This document shows positions 1 to 9,583 of a stretch of DNA of 64,000 bases, piece after piece. Position 1 is the stretch's first letter. Every line of letters begins with the position of its first letter. The translations under genes and the position numbers were made by a program. The DNA comes from Escherichia phage LF82-4. The stretch is taken from the sequence record PV660448. One strand, written 5' to 3'. The notes under the pieces are model-generated. The model was not told the origin of the DNA. It ran no database searches and was given only the letters and a program-made list of their open reading frames with translations.

Positions 1-183
1 AGGAGCAGCAAAAATAGTTAAGCCTGATTGCAGCCCTGCATTCAGTGCACCACCTAGTGCGATATTCAACATCGGAATACGAGTAGGGACTTCATCACGA
101 TTATTAAACAGCTTAGACTTAGTCAAGTCTGCAGTCATTTTAGAAGTAGAAGCTTTAATCAGACGAGATTTTAAATCAGACAT
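1..183 (-). CDS. uvsX: UvsX recombinase, N-terminal fragment (gene continues beyond window start)
   Basis: ATG at 181-183 (minus); translation MSDLKSRLIKASTSKMTADLTKSKLFNN... matches T4 UvsX N-terminus as recalled; open to window edge. Confidence 0.85.
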   Translation of the reverse strand, partial: MSDLKSRLIKASTSKMTADLTKSKLFNNRDEVPTRIPMLNIALGGALNAGLQSGLTIFAAP

Positions 184-281
184 TGTATTTTTCCATAGGC
201 ATCATTATATTTTACTCATGTTTAAAAGATAAGATGATTATATACTAAGGGTTATACAGCATTTAAAACTTTAAATGGCTC

Positions 282-830
282 TTAACGAGCCCATTTGATG
301 ATTTCTGTAATCAAACCATTACGTTCGCTTGCATTAAATCCTATAACTTTGTTAGCACCATCATGATTAAGTAATTGATATGTTTGGATTTTGTTATGAA
401 TTGCAAACTCTTCAAAATGTGAAATGACTGTATTAAAACCGAATGAAGACAAAGTAATAAGGTCGTCTTCAAAACTTTCAGTCATTTCGTTACGTGTTAA
501 AATAATTGTGAACACATCATGGTTTTGGCAAAGACGAACATAGTCCTGTTCATAAACGTCAAGAACCGAGTCCGCATCTTGTCGAATACGCCCATAAACC
601 CAGTTACTAATATATCCACGGTCTAACAGATAAATCTTAGTAGGGTCTAAATAATTCAACATCGTTTCGAAACAGCCAACTTCATTTCGAGACTTAACAT
701 CGAAACGCCCATCAACTGTTCGTTTAGGGAAATCAATCTTTACATATCTTTCACTAATTTCCATTATGTCATTAATGAAAGTTGTTTTACCAGCATTATC
801 TGGGCCGTCTACTAAAATAATTTTAGCCAT
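282..830 (-). CDS. thymidylate-kinase-like P-loop kinase (occupies the locus where T4 has beta-gt)
   Basis: 182 aa; Walker A GPDNAGKTT near N-terminus and DRGY LID-like motif typical of dNMP/TMP kinases; ATG start; stop 1 nt after upstream gene. Confidence 0.6.
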   Translation of the reverse strand: MAKIILVDGPDNAGKTTFINDIMEISERYVKIDFPKRTVDGRFDVKSRNEVGCFETMLNYLDPTKIYLLDRGYISNWVYGRIRQDADSVLDVYEQDYVRLCQNHDVFTIILTRNEMTESFEDDLITLSSFGFNTVISHFEEFAIHNKIQTYQLLNHDGANKVIGFNASERNGLITEIIKWAR

Positions 831-831
831 T

Positions 832-1731
832 TTATTCCTCGATTACGACATCTTCGTATTTAGGTATATTATACGGTGAAGAAATTAAAGCATTAAAGTA
901 GATGAACTCACCAAGACCTGGATGGAATACTTCTTCAGGATTTTCGAAATATTGAATTTTCGGACGTCCTTTAAGAATTTGATAGTACTCAGTTTTAGTT
1001 GGTTTAAAAATTCGAATCAGCGCTTCTTCAGGATACTTATTTCTGTCGAAGCTATTATTTGGATCGGTTATATAAAGCGGTTGACCTAATTGAATTGCAC
1101 ATTCAACCACTTGTTCAAAACGATAACATGGGTCACTAATTCGAAATGGATGAAAAATACCATCTAGATGAATAGGAGCCAAATCACCTACAAGACGCTG
1201 CATGATGGAAGGACGTATAACTTTCTGAGTTACGATAATCTTATTACCATCTGCACCGGCGTTAACCAGCACTTCTTTTTGACGTTCATTCAACACGGTA
1301 GTTTGAAGTGAACGATTAACTGACAACATATCGGTTTTTAAGAATTCGTCAATATAAAAACGTGGTTTATTAGGGTCTGCCGTGATATTGAAATTGAATT
1401 CTACATCAAAAGCGCCGTCATATCCAGTGATATCTGTTATTAGAAAATCACAATCATAATAAGCAATTAATGAATCAACCACAAATTCATTTTCAGACCA
1501 GAAATATTTACGAGTGTTATACGCGTTATCTTTATACCATAATGGAACAAACTTAAATTCCGGGAAAAGACGTTCACATTCTTTAATATCAGATGCATTA
1601 CGTGGATATGTAATCACATCACCTGGATTAGCACGGTGCAAATGAAGTTGGAAGTTGCCATCCTTAAGGATAGCATACTGTCCAGTTTCATAAGACCGCA
1701 TACTCAAGATAGGTACGCGGAAAATAGCCAT
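832..1731 (-). CDS. hypothetical 299-aa protein; candidate DNA sugar transferase by position only
   Basis: ATG overlaps stop of gene 42 (TAATG coupling); sits between uvsX and 42 where T4 has beta-glucosyltransferase; no motif recognised by eye. Confidence 0.55.
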   Translation of the reverse strand: MAIFRVPILSMRSYETGQYAILKDGNFQLHLHRANPGDVITYPRNASDIKECERLFPEFKFVPLWYKDNAYNTRKYFWSENEFVVDSLIAYYDCDFLITDITGYDGAFDVEFNFNITADPNKPRFYIDEFLKTDMLSVNRSLQTTVLNERQKEVLVNAGADGNKIIVTQKVIRPSIMQRLVGDLAPIHLDGIFHPFRISDPCYRFEQVVECAIQLGQPLYITDPNNSFDRNKYPEEALIRIFKPTKTEYYQILKGRPKIQYFENPEEVFHPGLGEFIYFNALISSPYNIPKYEDVVIEE

Positions 1732-2447
1732 TAGTCAAGGAATCCTTTAACATAATCAAAATCACGTTCAAACACATGGGCACTTACCATGGTATGAGTA
1801 TAATCACCAACTTCTACACCACATTCGTTAGCGATATAATGAAGTAATTTTCCTTGGAGATAAAAATCCAACTGCATAACAACAGCACAGTTCTGAGAAC
1901 GCATATGACAGTGGGTATAAAGCTTACCGTCACGAATATAATAAGTCACTGAGTCAGTACATGGATATTCAAGTGTTTCGTCCGAATCAAGCAAAGCCTG
2001 ATCAGAACTTTCTAGAATTTGGAACACAACTCTTCGAGAGTTAGGTTTCTCTTTAAGTTCTTTTAGAAGAGCTGGTAATTGGGCCGCAATGCGAGGACCA
2101 TAGAAAGTGTTGAAGTTCGCCGGCAAAGCGTCTGATTTAGGTTTAGAAATAAATTTAGCGACATTAGGATATGCCTTAAACGCTTCTTCTGCATCAGTAC
2201 CACCAGAAATCATAAACTTCCAGAAGTCTTCGGCATATTCATAAGAGATGCGGTTAATACGTGGGTCGGTCATTTTGAATGATGATGGATTGTCAACAAC
2301 TACTGTCATGGACCCGATTTCATTACAACGTCCAATACGAGAATCAGTTACGAATTCAGGATTTTCTAAAATTTCACGATTGACTGCTTTAAATGCGGCT
2401 TGAAAATCTGCGGCTTTGATATATTTCATTGTGTTATGTTTTCCCAT
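1731..2447 (-). CDS. 42: dCMP hydroxymethylase (thymidylate synthase fold)
   Basis: 238 aa; TS-family pattern incl. catalytic-Cys region EYPCTDSV and RSQN...QLDFY segment; GAGGT RBS 5 nt before ATG; T4 synteny. Confidence 0.85.
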   Translation of the reverse strand: MGKHNTMKYIKAADFQAAFKAVNREILENPEFVTDSRIGRCNEIGSMTVVVDNPSSFKMTDPRINRISYEYAEDFWKFMISGGTDAEEAFKAYPNVAKFISKPKSDALPANFNTFYGPRIAAQLPALLKELKEKPNSRRVVFQILESSDQALLDSDETLEYPCTDSVTYYIRDGKLYTHCHMRSQNCAVVMQLDFYLQGKLLHYIANECGVEVGDYTHTMVSAHVFERDFDYVKGFLD

Positions 2448-2489
2448 GTTTACCTCAATACAATTTATTATATACTCAATTCGTAAAGC

Positions 2490-2729
2490 TTATTTGAATT
2501 TCTTGGCAATGTTGATATAACGTAAAGCTTCAGAATCTATACTTCCAAGAACACTATGAAGGAATGCATCAGTGTAGTATTCCAATTGAACAGGTTCTTT
2601 AATCACTTTAGCCGCTTTGGTTTCAAACAGGCCCATAAGGGCCTTTTTAAGAATTTGTTCGTTAGTGTTCAGTTTTATAGTCAAAATCTCTTCATTAAGT
2701 TGGTGGTTAAAAGTTTTTCTAGAAATCAT
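2490..2729 (-). CDS. hypothetical protein (79 aa)
   Basis: ATGA overlap with upstream 386-aa gene; no TM segment so not an Imm homologue. Confidence 0.5.
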   Translation of the reverse strand: MISRKTFNHQLNEEILTIKLNTNEQILKKALMGLFETKAAKVIKEPVQLEYYTDAFLHSVLGSIDSEALRYINIAKKFK

Positions 2730-3886
2730 TCCGGGTACCTCAAAGCGTCATCAGAGTTAGTTATATCAATAATAGATATAGAGTTTTCTGATAACCCATT
2801 TTTAGATAACTGACGTTTATAATATCTTTCACAATATGTACACGTCGTCCCGCAGATTTCATTAGCACAATCGAAATCTGGATGTCTGAACCACCTTTTT
2901 TCTAAAAAACCGTCTAACAATGAGGTTTCAATATTTACTGTATGTGAAAACTCAGTCTCATTTTCAAGAGTGAAAATAGTCTCTAAAGGCTTCCACAGTT
3001 CTAACAAATTACCTTCAAACTTTTCAGAAGCGTATGCTTCAAGAACTTTCAAAATGTAGTCTGTGCTACCTGTACGTCCTGAAACTTTGAATTGAGTGAT
3101 ACCAATATCATTATAAAGTTTCAAATCTTGAGGACGAACAAAACGAGTTCTCAACCAGTTAAATGGGTCTGTATCACGAGCTTTAATGCAGTGTTGCATT
3201 GGATATCCATTTAAGGATTTAGCATCATCAGCTGTAACATCAGTACTATGGAAAATATAGCAAGAGTCACGATAACTACAATGTGTTGTATACCCTTTAC
3301 CAGCATTAGAACAGAACTCATTTACAAGAACTTCAAATATTATATTGTTCTTATTGCAAAACTCTGCTGCACGCTTCAGGAAAGAAACTGAACGGTTCTT
3401 ATGAATTCCACAGCAGACCTTTTTGATATTGTATTGGTCATGTAAGTATTTTATTTGAGTTACAGCATCGACATGTAGAATTGTTGAAACTTCAATCTCA
3501 ATGTCTTTATTGACTTCACGAACAATTTCCATAACAACAGGGTTAGCGATAGTAATACGCCATACGCCTATTGACCAAAGATACTGAACATAATCCTGAA
3601 TAGCTTTCTTCTTCCACTCGACTAGTTCTCTTTTTGAACCAGGATTTATCGTGTTGAGTGTATAGTTAAAGCAAATACCTAATTCGTTACAACGTTTAAC
3701 GTAATCTTCTAACATCTTTTTGTCAACGTCAGGAAGCCTAAAATCAGGTCTGGCTGCTACAAAAGCCATTTCTCTTGTAGAGCCATATACTTCGTTTATC
3801 AAGCTATTAGGATAGGTTTTATTGAGCTCTACGATTTTATCAAGAAGAGCTAAATCAAAATTCGTTCCGATTTTAAAAGTATTCAT
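2726..3886 (-). CDS. hypothetical 386-aa enzyme; tentative resemblance to peptidase-U32 (RlhA/TrhP/UbiU-type) family
   Basis: ATG start; TIM-barrel-like N-terminal pattern and Cys cluster FCSNAGKGYTTHCSYRDSC plus C-terminal CANEICGTTCTYC; assignment by eye only. Confidence 0.55.
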   Translation of the reverse strand: MNTFKIGTNFDLALLDKIVELNKTYPNSLINEVYGSTREMAFVAARPDFRLPDVDKKMLEDYVKRCNELGICFNYTLNTINPGSKRELVEWKKKAIQDYVQYLWSIGVWRITIANPVVMEIVREVNKDIEIEVSTILHVDAVTQIKYLHDQYNIKKVCCGIHKNRSVSFLKRAAEFCNKNNIIFEVLVNEFCSNAGKGYTTHCSYRDSCYIFHSTDVTADDAKSLNGYPMQHCIKARDTDPFNWLRTRFVRPQDLKLYNDIGITQFKVSGRTGSTDYILKVLEAYASEKFEGNLLELWKPLETIFTLENETEFSHTVNIETSLLDGFLEKRWFRHPDFDCANEICGTTCTYCERYYKRQLSKNGLSENSISIIDITNSDDALRYPE

Positions 3887-3942
3887 TTTTTTGCATCTCG
3901 CGTTAATTGATGCGATGGTTTTTGCAGGTCTTACTTAAATTA

Positions 3943-4344
3943 TTATAGATTTGGTTTATATGATTTAAATGTTTCGAATTCGCCTTTATTCATAAGAGCT
4001 TTGAATTCGTCAGGACGCATAGCTTTGTCGTCGATAATCCAATCATATACTGGTTTATGTGTTAGCAAATTATGGTACTTCAAACCAATGTTTTCCAAGT
4101 TCTGAATCAGACTTGGGAGAATGTCAATTGCTATACGACCAGGACCTACCGACTTCATACCACGGGCAGTGTAAAGCGTTATGGTATGCCCTGCATCATA
4201 CAGAGCATTAATGGCAGACACCATTTCGACGTCTGGTTTGAAGTTCACGTAATCACGATTGTTATTCCACTCTGTTATACAATCATCGACATCAAAACAA
4301 AGATTAAGCATGTTTTCTACACGGTGCATTAGATTCGTTCCCAT
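3943..4344 (-). CDS. HAD-superfamily small phosphatase (KdsC-like)
   Basis: 133 aa; HAD motif I FDVDDCIT, motif II ITLYTARG, motif IV IIDD; alternative ATG at 4329 overlaps upstream stop (TAATG). Confidence 0.6.
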   Translation of the reverse strand: MGTNLMHRVENMLNLCFDVDDCITEWNNNRDYVNFKPDVEMVSAINALYDAGHTITLYTARGMKSVGPGRIAIDILPSLIQNLENIGLKYHNLLTHKPVYDWIIDDKAMRPDEFKALMNKGEFETFKSYKPNL

Positions 4345-6014
4345 TGATGAGTGATATCGCCACCGATTGGACGATAAGAAACACCAGTTTCTTTATCAGT
4401 TAGTACCCATTTACCAGGATTTTTTGTAATCAGAGTAGCCGTTACAGGTTCTGCTACGTCATAACTAATAGAGCCGTCTTGAAGTACACGGCCCATGTTA
4501 CGTAATTGCTTAGTCAGAAGTTCCATACCTTTATAATATGCGGCTACCGCTTTAAGTGGATTATTCTTGAAATAACCACCTAATGCAATCCAGATAATTG
4601 CCACCGCCAAATGATGATACTCGTTAAACGAACTCATCTTTCCATATTTGTAAATTAATGGATTGATGTTAATAGTCACATTACAAGTTGTTTCATCAAT
4701 AGTAAACTGTCCCCAGGTCGGATTAGCATTGAATTCATCATAACCTGAAACAGCATAAAGCACTTTAGCTTCATCATACAATTTTGGCCCGTAAATCTTG
4801 GTTTCGCCAAAATATCCACGAGGGTCGATAAACTTGACTTCGCCGTTATCAGTAATCATAGTATTACTGAAGTTCGGGTCACCATGAATAACAGAGTACT
4901 GTCCCTGAGAACGATTATGATAACGAATAAGGTGTTCTAAAGCTTGTTTCAGCATTGGCTTCAGACGTCCAATCTTAGTGTAGTTCACATGTGTGATTTT
5001 ACCAAATGAATCAATCAATGGTTGAATACTTTCACAACGATCAATAACTTTCGTATAGAATTCTTTAGTGAAATCACGACGAACAGTTTCAGGACTTACA
5101 AAATACGTGTCTGTGCTGAATTTCAGTGCATCTAAAATTGCATCAACAATTTGTGGACGAGCAAGACTTGATTTGGATTTAATATATTCAAATGCCGGCT
5201 TACCTTTAATGCGTTCCATTTCAAAGTTATTTTCATTAACAGAAACTAACTGAGGAACTGAATCTGATTTCACTTTCAAATACCACGAAATCTCATCTTT
5301 CTGAAGAGCTCGTCCCTGTTCGGTTAATGCGAATTTAGTTACAGTTTCTTCACCAATTTCAACTGCATTAAAACTACGATTAAGTTCACGAACTTCATGA
5401 GCTTTTTCAAGTTTAGGCATATCACCTAAATCAATTAGATTCATAAGCTCTGATTTATTGAATGCGCCGCTGTAAAGGAATTCTACGAAATCACGTCCTT
5501 TGCAGTATTCATGAATTTCCTCATCGGTAGAACCCATATAGAATTCCCAGTCTTTGAACTGATAAATTCCTACAACATTACCACCTGTTGAACCTACGTT
5601 AGTGATATTTTCACCGTCGAAATTATACCGACATTCGTCACCCTTAACATAGATTGCGTTAACATTCCAAGACCATGAACCAAAATCAGGAATAATATCA
5701 CACCAGTTAACAATTACATTATGGCCATCTAAATCTTTGTGTAATTTAGCAAGAGCATAAGCAGAACCATACGCTTCATCAACTGTACGAATAGTCACAT
5801 TGAACCCTTCTTGCTCACAATAAGCTCGAACAGTTTCAGCAAATTTTGAATGAACTACTACAATAATTTCATCTGCGCCAAGGTCAGAATAAATTGTATA
5901 CAAATTGCTCAGAATAGTGTCTTGTTTATAGTTAACAAGCACCTTAGGAATATGATGCGTTATTGGATACAAACGAGTTGCCAGTCCAGCACCAAGAATA
6001 ACAGCTTTTTTCAT
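4329..6014 (-). CDS. bifunctional sugar-1-phosphate nucleotidylyltransferase / APH-type sugar kinase
   Basis: 561 aa; N-terminal LGAGLATRL nucleotidyltransferase signature; C-terminal HGDPNFSN and IDPRGYFG kinase motifs (aminoglycoside/choline-kinase fold); GAGGA RBS. Confidence 0.7.
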   Translation of the reverse strand: MKKAVILGAGLATRLYPITHHIPKVLVNYKQDTILSNLYTIYSDLGADEIIVVVHSKFAETVRAYCEQEGFNVTIRTVDEAYGSAYALAKLHKDLDGHNVIVNWCDIIPDFGSWSWNVNAIYVKGDECRYNFDGENITNVGSTGGNVVGIYQFKDWEFYMGSTDEEIHEYCKGRDFVEFLYSGAFNKSELMNLIDLGDMPKLEKAHEVRELNRSFNAVEIGEETVTKFALTEQGRALQKDEISWYLKVKSDSVPQLVSVNENNFEMERIKGKPAFEYIKSKSSLARPQIVDAILDALKFSTDTYFVSPETVRRDFTKEFYTKVIDRCESIQPLIDSFGKITHVNYTKIGRLKPMLKQALEHLIRYHNRSQGQYSVIHGDPNFSNTMITDNGEVKFIDPRGYFGETKIYGPKLYDEAKVLYAVSGYDEFNANPTWGQFTIDETTCNVTININPLIYKYGKMSSFNEYHHLAVAIIWIALGGYFKNNPLKAVAAYYKGMELLTKQLRNMGRVLQDGSISYDVAEPVTATLITKNPGKWVLTDKETGVSYRPIGGDITHQWERI

Positions 6015-6055
6015 GTTGTGGTCCTCATTGGTAAGTAGGAGTATTGTACACTATT

Positions 6056-6199
6056 CTAGTTAAAGCATCCATACTTTGCTTGTAGTCCAATCATAATCCA
6101 TCCGATTATAAGAGTCGGAATCATTACTGGAGCCGTTAAGCTCCAGTAGATAGTCATGACAAGCATCAATAGTAAAAGTCCTATTGTTATTGCTTTCAT
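6056..6199 (-). CDS. small hydrophobic protein (47 aa), not in ORF track
   Basis: ATG overlaps stop of the SIS gene (ATGA); MKAITIGLLLLMLVMTIYWSL... two hydrophobic segments; fills gap 6015-6195. Confidence 0.35.
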   Translation of the reverse strand: MKAITIGLLLLMLVMTIYWSLTAPVMIPTLIIGWIMIGLQAKYGCFN

Positions 6200-6831
6200 T
6201 GCTCGCCTCGTAACATGGCACCTAGTGCACCGCCTGGATGGAACTTAAGGAAATCATTAGAGGTAAATCCACGTTCAGACGAAAGGTTGATAGCAAAAGT
6301 ATCGATAAGCGCTAACAATAATGTAGTGGACATGGTCGGAGCCAGAGAATTCTCATCAACCTCTACTGCGATGCCTGTACAGAAAGAGTAATCAAAAAGG
6401 GCTTCATTTTCTTGTGGAATGTCTGGGTTACAATGCAACAGAATCTGTTTGACGTTCGGTCGAATCATTTTAAGATGCTTAGCCACGCCTATCATTTCTT
6501 CAGTTTTACCAGAACGACTAATATGAATCAACACATCATTAGGCGCAATAAATCCTGCATCACCGTGAGAATAATGCCCAGTGTTCAAGTACATACTTGG
6601 GATACCGAGTGAAGCAAATGTCTCAGAAGCTTTAGTTGCAATATTAGCATTCTTACCAACACCTGTAATAATTACTCGGCTTTCATAATTACTAAGTCCA
6701 GGGCGTCGAAGAGTTTCTAGAATAGCATTATAACGAGCAGGGTTTTGACTAATTACTTTGGCCATAGCGGCCAAAGAAGAAGCTTGTTTTATGATTGCGT
6801 CAATAGCGATATTAATAGGAGTAGTTTTCAT
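6196..6831 (-). CDS. SIS-domain sugar-phosphate isomerase (KdsD/GutQ-type arabinose-5-phosphate isomerase-like, no CBS domains)
   Basis: 211 aa; motifs GVGKNANIA, HISRSGKTEE, APTMSTT, HPGGALG characteristic of API SIS domains. Confidence 0.75.
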   Translation of the reverse strand: MKTTPINIAIDAIIKQASSLAAMAKVISQNPARYNAILETLRRPGLSNYESRVIITGVGKNANIATKASETFASLGIPSMYLNTGHYSHGDAGFIAPNDVLIHISRSGKTEEMIGVAKHLKMIRPNVKQILLHCNPDIPQENEALFDYSFCTGIAVEVDENSLAPTMSTTLLLALIDTFAINLSSERGFTSNDFLKFHPGGALGAMLRGEQ

Positions 6832-6871
6832 ATTTCTCTCATTTAATTAGTTTACCGTCCATGGCATTATA

Positions 6872-9583
6872 TCAAAAATCGAACATATCGAAGAGAGATG
6901 CTTTCTTCTCGTAATCGAGTTTCGCTGCTGATGTGAATCCTTCAAGTGGTTTAATAAATGTCTTCTCAAGGAGAACAGTGTAGTCCATCCAATGAAGTAC
7001 GTCGTCTTTAATTAAATCTGTGATTTCAGTACCAGAAGGCCATGCGATACATTTATCACCGAATGGGTTTCCTTCACGTAAAGGCAGAACATATACTTTT
7101 TCACCTTCTACAACTTGTGGAGCATCAATATTACCTTTGATAGCTCGGTTATATGTCAGAATTCCACGAATATGGAACGGACATTTAGGACCAGGGAATC
7201 CACCAACGTCATATTTAGCAATGTTATTCGCAGAAGATACCGACGCGATGCTAATATAATTCAATTGACGGAATTCTTTTTCAAACTCTTTAAAATATTC
7301 TTGTAATGATTCTTCACCTTCTTGAAGCATACGGCGAATACATTCTTTAAGAGCTTTCTGTACTGCTTTAGGGGTCGAAGATTTCTGTGTTTCGAGACCC
7401 ATGATTTTGAGTTTAGGCTCAGCGTATCTGGTTCCTTCCATATCCCACACGTTTAATGCATAACGTTTCTTACCAGTCCAGAATCCGCCAATACCTTTAG
7501 AACCGAGTGGAGGACCAGCGATAGCTTCTCGGTCCATGAACATTAAGTGTTGTTTATTGTTCATGTATTCACACATTTCACGGAAACCTCTATCAATAGC
7601 CGGTTCCATACGTTCACGAGCGAACTTATCTAAGAAGTCTACCCAATGGTTGGTATCACGGAATTTAGATTCACCAACCTTATCAATAATTTTATCTGCA
7701 GATACGTAAATAGAGTCTGTATCACCATAAAGAACGAAAGCTTCACCTTCTGTACCACAAACTTCGTTCAGATATTCATTAACTTTACGTTCAATCCACT
7801 GTAAAGCCATTTGCCCGAATGTTGTGATTGCAGTAGCATTACGCAAATCATAATAACGGAACCAAACGTTTCCAAGTGCACCATAAAGTGAGTTGATGAG
7901 CAATTTACGGTTAATCTGTGCAGTCATACCTGCAACTTCAGTACGTTGAGCTCTAAACAACATTTCATTAAGAGATTTAGCAGACAACTTTTTAATCTTT
8001 TCTTTAATCTCGTCAGTGAAGTCAAAACGATAATCAACATCTAATGGTTCATCAACAGAAAGATTAGGATTATGTAAGGCTTCTTTAATTATTTCACCAT
8101 TACGTTGAGCTGCAAGCATGTAACCTTTATGTTCTTTACGTTGATTAAAGACCTTAGTGATTTCAGTTGGAACTACACCATCACGGTCTTTATAATACAT
8201 CATGCCGTTAGGAGAGCAACTGTACACATCTGAAGGACGTTCAGCGATTGCGTTAATATAATCATGCAGTGGAGCTACTTTAAACGTTCCTGCTATTGTT
8301 TCCGGGCTAATATTCACTTGGCGAATAATACTTGGATACAGGGATGTAAGGTCGAAACTCATTACATATTTGTATCGATTTGGAATAGGTTCCTTAACAA
8401 AAGCACCGGGATAAGGTTGAACCGGGTGAGAACGACCTTGTGGAATCACCTTGCTCTGCTCTTTAAGGCTATTAAAAATAATAGCATCCCATGTTTTAAT
8501 TGGGCTAAACACAGATTGAATCTGTATCTTAGCATAATAACCCATGTCCAAACTCAAGTTGATGAACTGACGCTTAGCATCAATTTGCAATACACGATAC
8601 ACGTCGATAATGTTATAAGAAATATACCGTTGGTGATTGCTTTCACGAAGCTTAGAAATAGGGCCGTCATATTTCAGTTTACCAACGTTCAATTCAAATT
8701 CTGAAATGTAATCCAGAGAATACGACGGTTGATTGGTAAAAGAGAATTTTTTGTAAAGGTCGATATAATCAAGAACAGAGATACCGAACAATGTAATGAT
8801 TTCACGAGAACCATACATGTTTTCGATAACTTTAACACGAGTTTTACGATGTGGTGATAAACGTTTCGCAGTAGATTCGCCAAAAATATTCTTGATTCGG
8901 TTATACACATATGGAATATCAAATGACTCAACGTTCCATCCAGTCAAAATGACAGGAGTTTTCTGTTGCCAGAAGTTGAGATATTCCATCAACAATTCTT
9001 TTTCGTTATCGAACGGCATATAAATGATTTTATCGATAATTTCAGATGGAACTTCATCACCGCCTTGTTCTTGAAGCTTAGCCGCAATTTCGATAGACCA
9101 TTCTTCTACATTACCATACGGAGAATTCAATAGATCAAATACGTAGAACCTGTCGTCAATTGAGTCATAATGGGTGATAGCATCAATCGGATGTTTTGCT
9201 TGTGACGGCTCAGGGAACCCATCCGGAGATGTTACTTCGATGTCGAAGTTAGCCACACGAATTTTTGTATGGTCGTATTTGATTTCATAGTTATAAGTGT
9301 CAGACAAATACGCCAATTTGAAATCGTCCATGCCGAGTGCTTCAAGTCCGATATCTTCCATGCGTTTAATCCATTGGGAGGCATCACGCATATTAGCGAA
9401 CAACTTACGAGTACACGGCTTACCGTAGATATCGAAATATTTCGTAGCCTGACTTTCTGGGCAATGAGCAAACAATGATGGTTTATATTCTACTTCACGA
9501 GTACATTCACGGCCATTAGAATCGATGTAACGTTCAAAAATTGAATCACCAATCTGTTCAACCGTTAAGTAAAATTCTTTCAT
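6872..9583 (-). CDS. 43: DNA polymerase (family B)
   Basis: 903 aa; N-terminus MKEFYLTVEQIGDSIFERYIDSNG... and exo/pol motifs (FDIEV, YGDTDS) match RB69 gp43 as recalled. Confidence 0.97.
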   Translation of the reverse strand: MKEFYLTVEQIGDSIFERYIDSNGRECTREVEYKPSLFAHCPESQATKYFDIYGKPCTRKLFANMRDASQWIKRMEDIGLEALGMDDFKLAYLSDTYNYEIKYDHTKIRVANFDIEVTSPDGFPEPSQAKHPIDAITHYDSIDDRFYVFDLLNSPYGNVEEWSIEIAAKLQEQGGDEVPSEIIDKIIYMPFDNEKELLMEYLNFWQQKTPVILTGWNVESFDIPYVYNRIKNIFGESTAKRLSPHRKTRVKVIENMYGSREIITLFGISVLDYIDLYKKFSFTNQPSYSLDYISEFELNVGKLKYDGPISKLRESNHQRYISYNIIDVYRVLQIDAKRQFINLSLDMGYYAKIQIQSVFSPIKTWDAIIFNSLKEQSKVIPQGRSHPVQPYPGAFVKEPIPNRYKYVMSFDLTSLYPSIIRQVNISPETIAGTFKVAPLHDYINAIAERPSDVYSCSPNGMMYYKDRDGVVPTEITKVFNQRKEHKGYMLAAQRNGEIIKEALHNPNLSVDEPLDVDYRFDFTDEIKEKIKKLSAKSLNEMLFRAQRTEVAGMTAQINRKLLINSLYGALGNVWFRYYDLRNATAITTFGQMALQWIERKVNEYLNEVCGTEGEAFVLYGDTDSIYVSADKIIDKVGESKFRDTNHWVDFLDKFARERMEPAIDRGFREMCEYMNNKQHLMFMDREAIAGPPLGSKGIGGFWTGKKRYALNVWDMEGTRYAEPKLKIMGLETQKSSTPKAVQKALKECIRRMLQEGEESLQEYFKEFEKEFRQLNYISIASVSSANNIAKYDVGGFPGPKCPFHIRGILTYNRAIKGNIDAPQVVEGEKVYVLPLREGNPFGDKCIAWPSGTEITDLIKDDVLHWMDYTVLLEKTFIKPLEGFTSAAKLDYEKKASLFDMFDF

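Noticed and set aside
2490-2729. 79-aa ORF between 42 and the modification operon as the imm (superinfection immunity) homologue
   Set aside because: T4 Imm is a small membrane protein; this ORF has no hydrophobic transmembrane segment.
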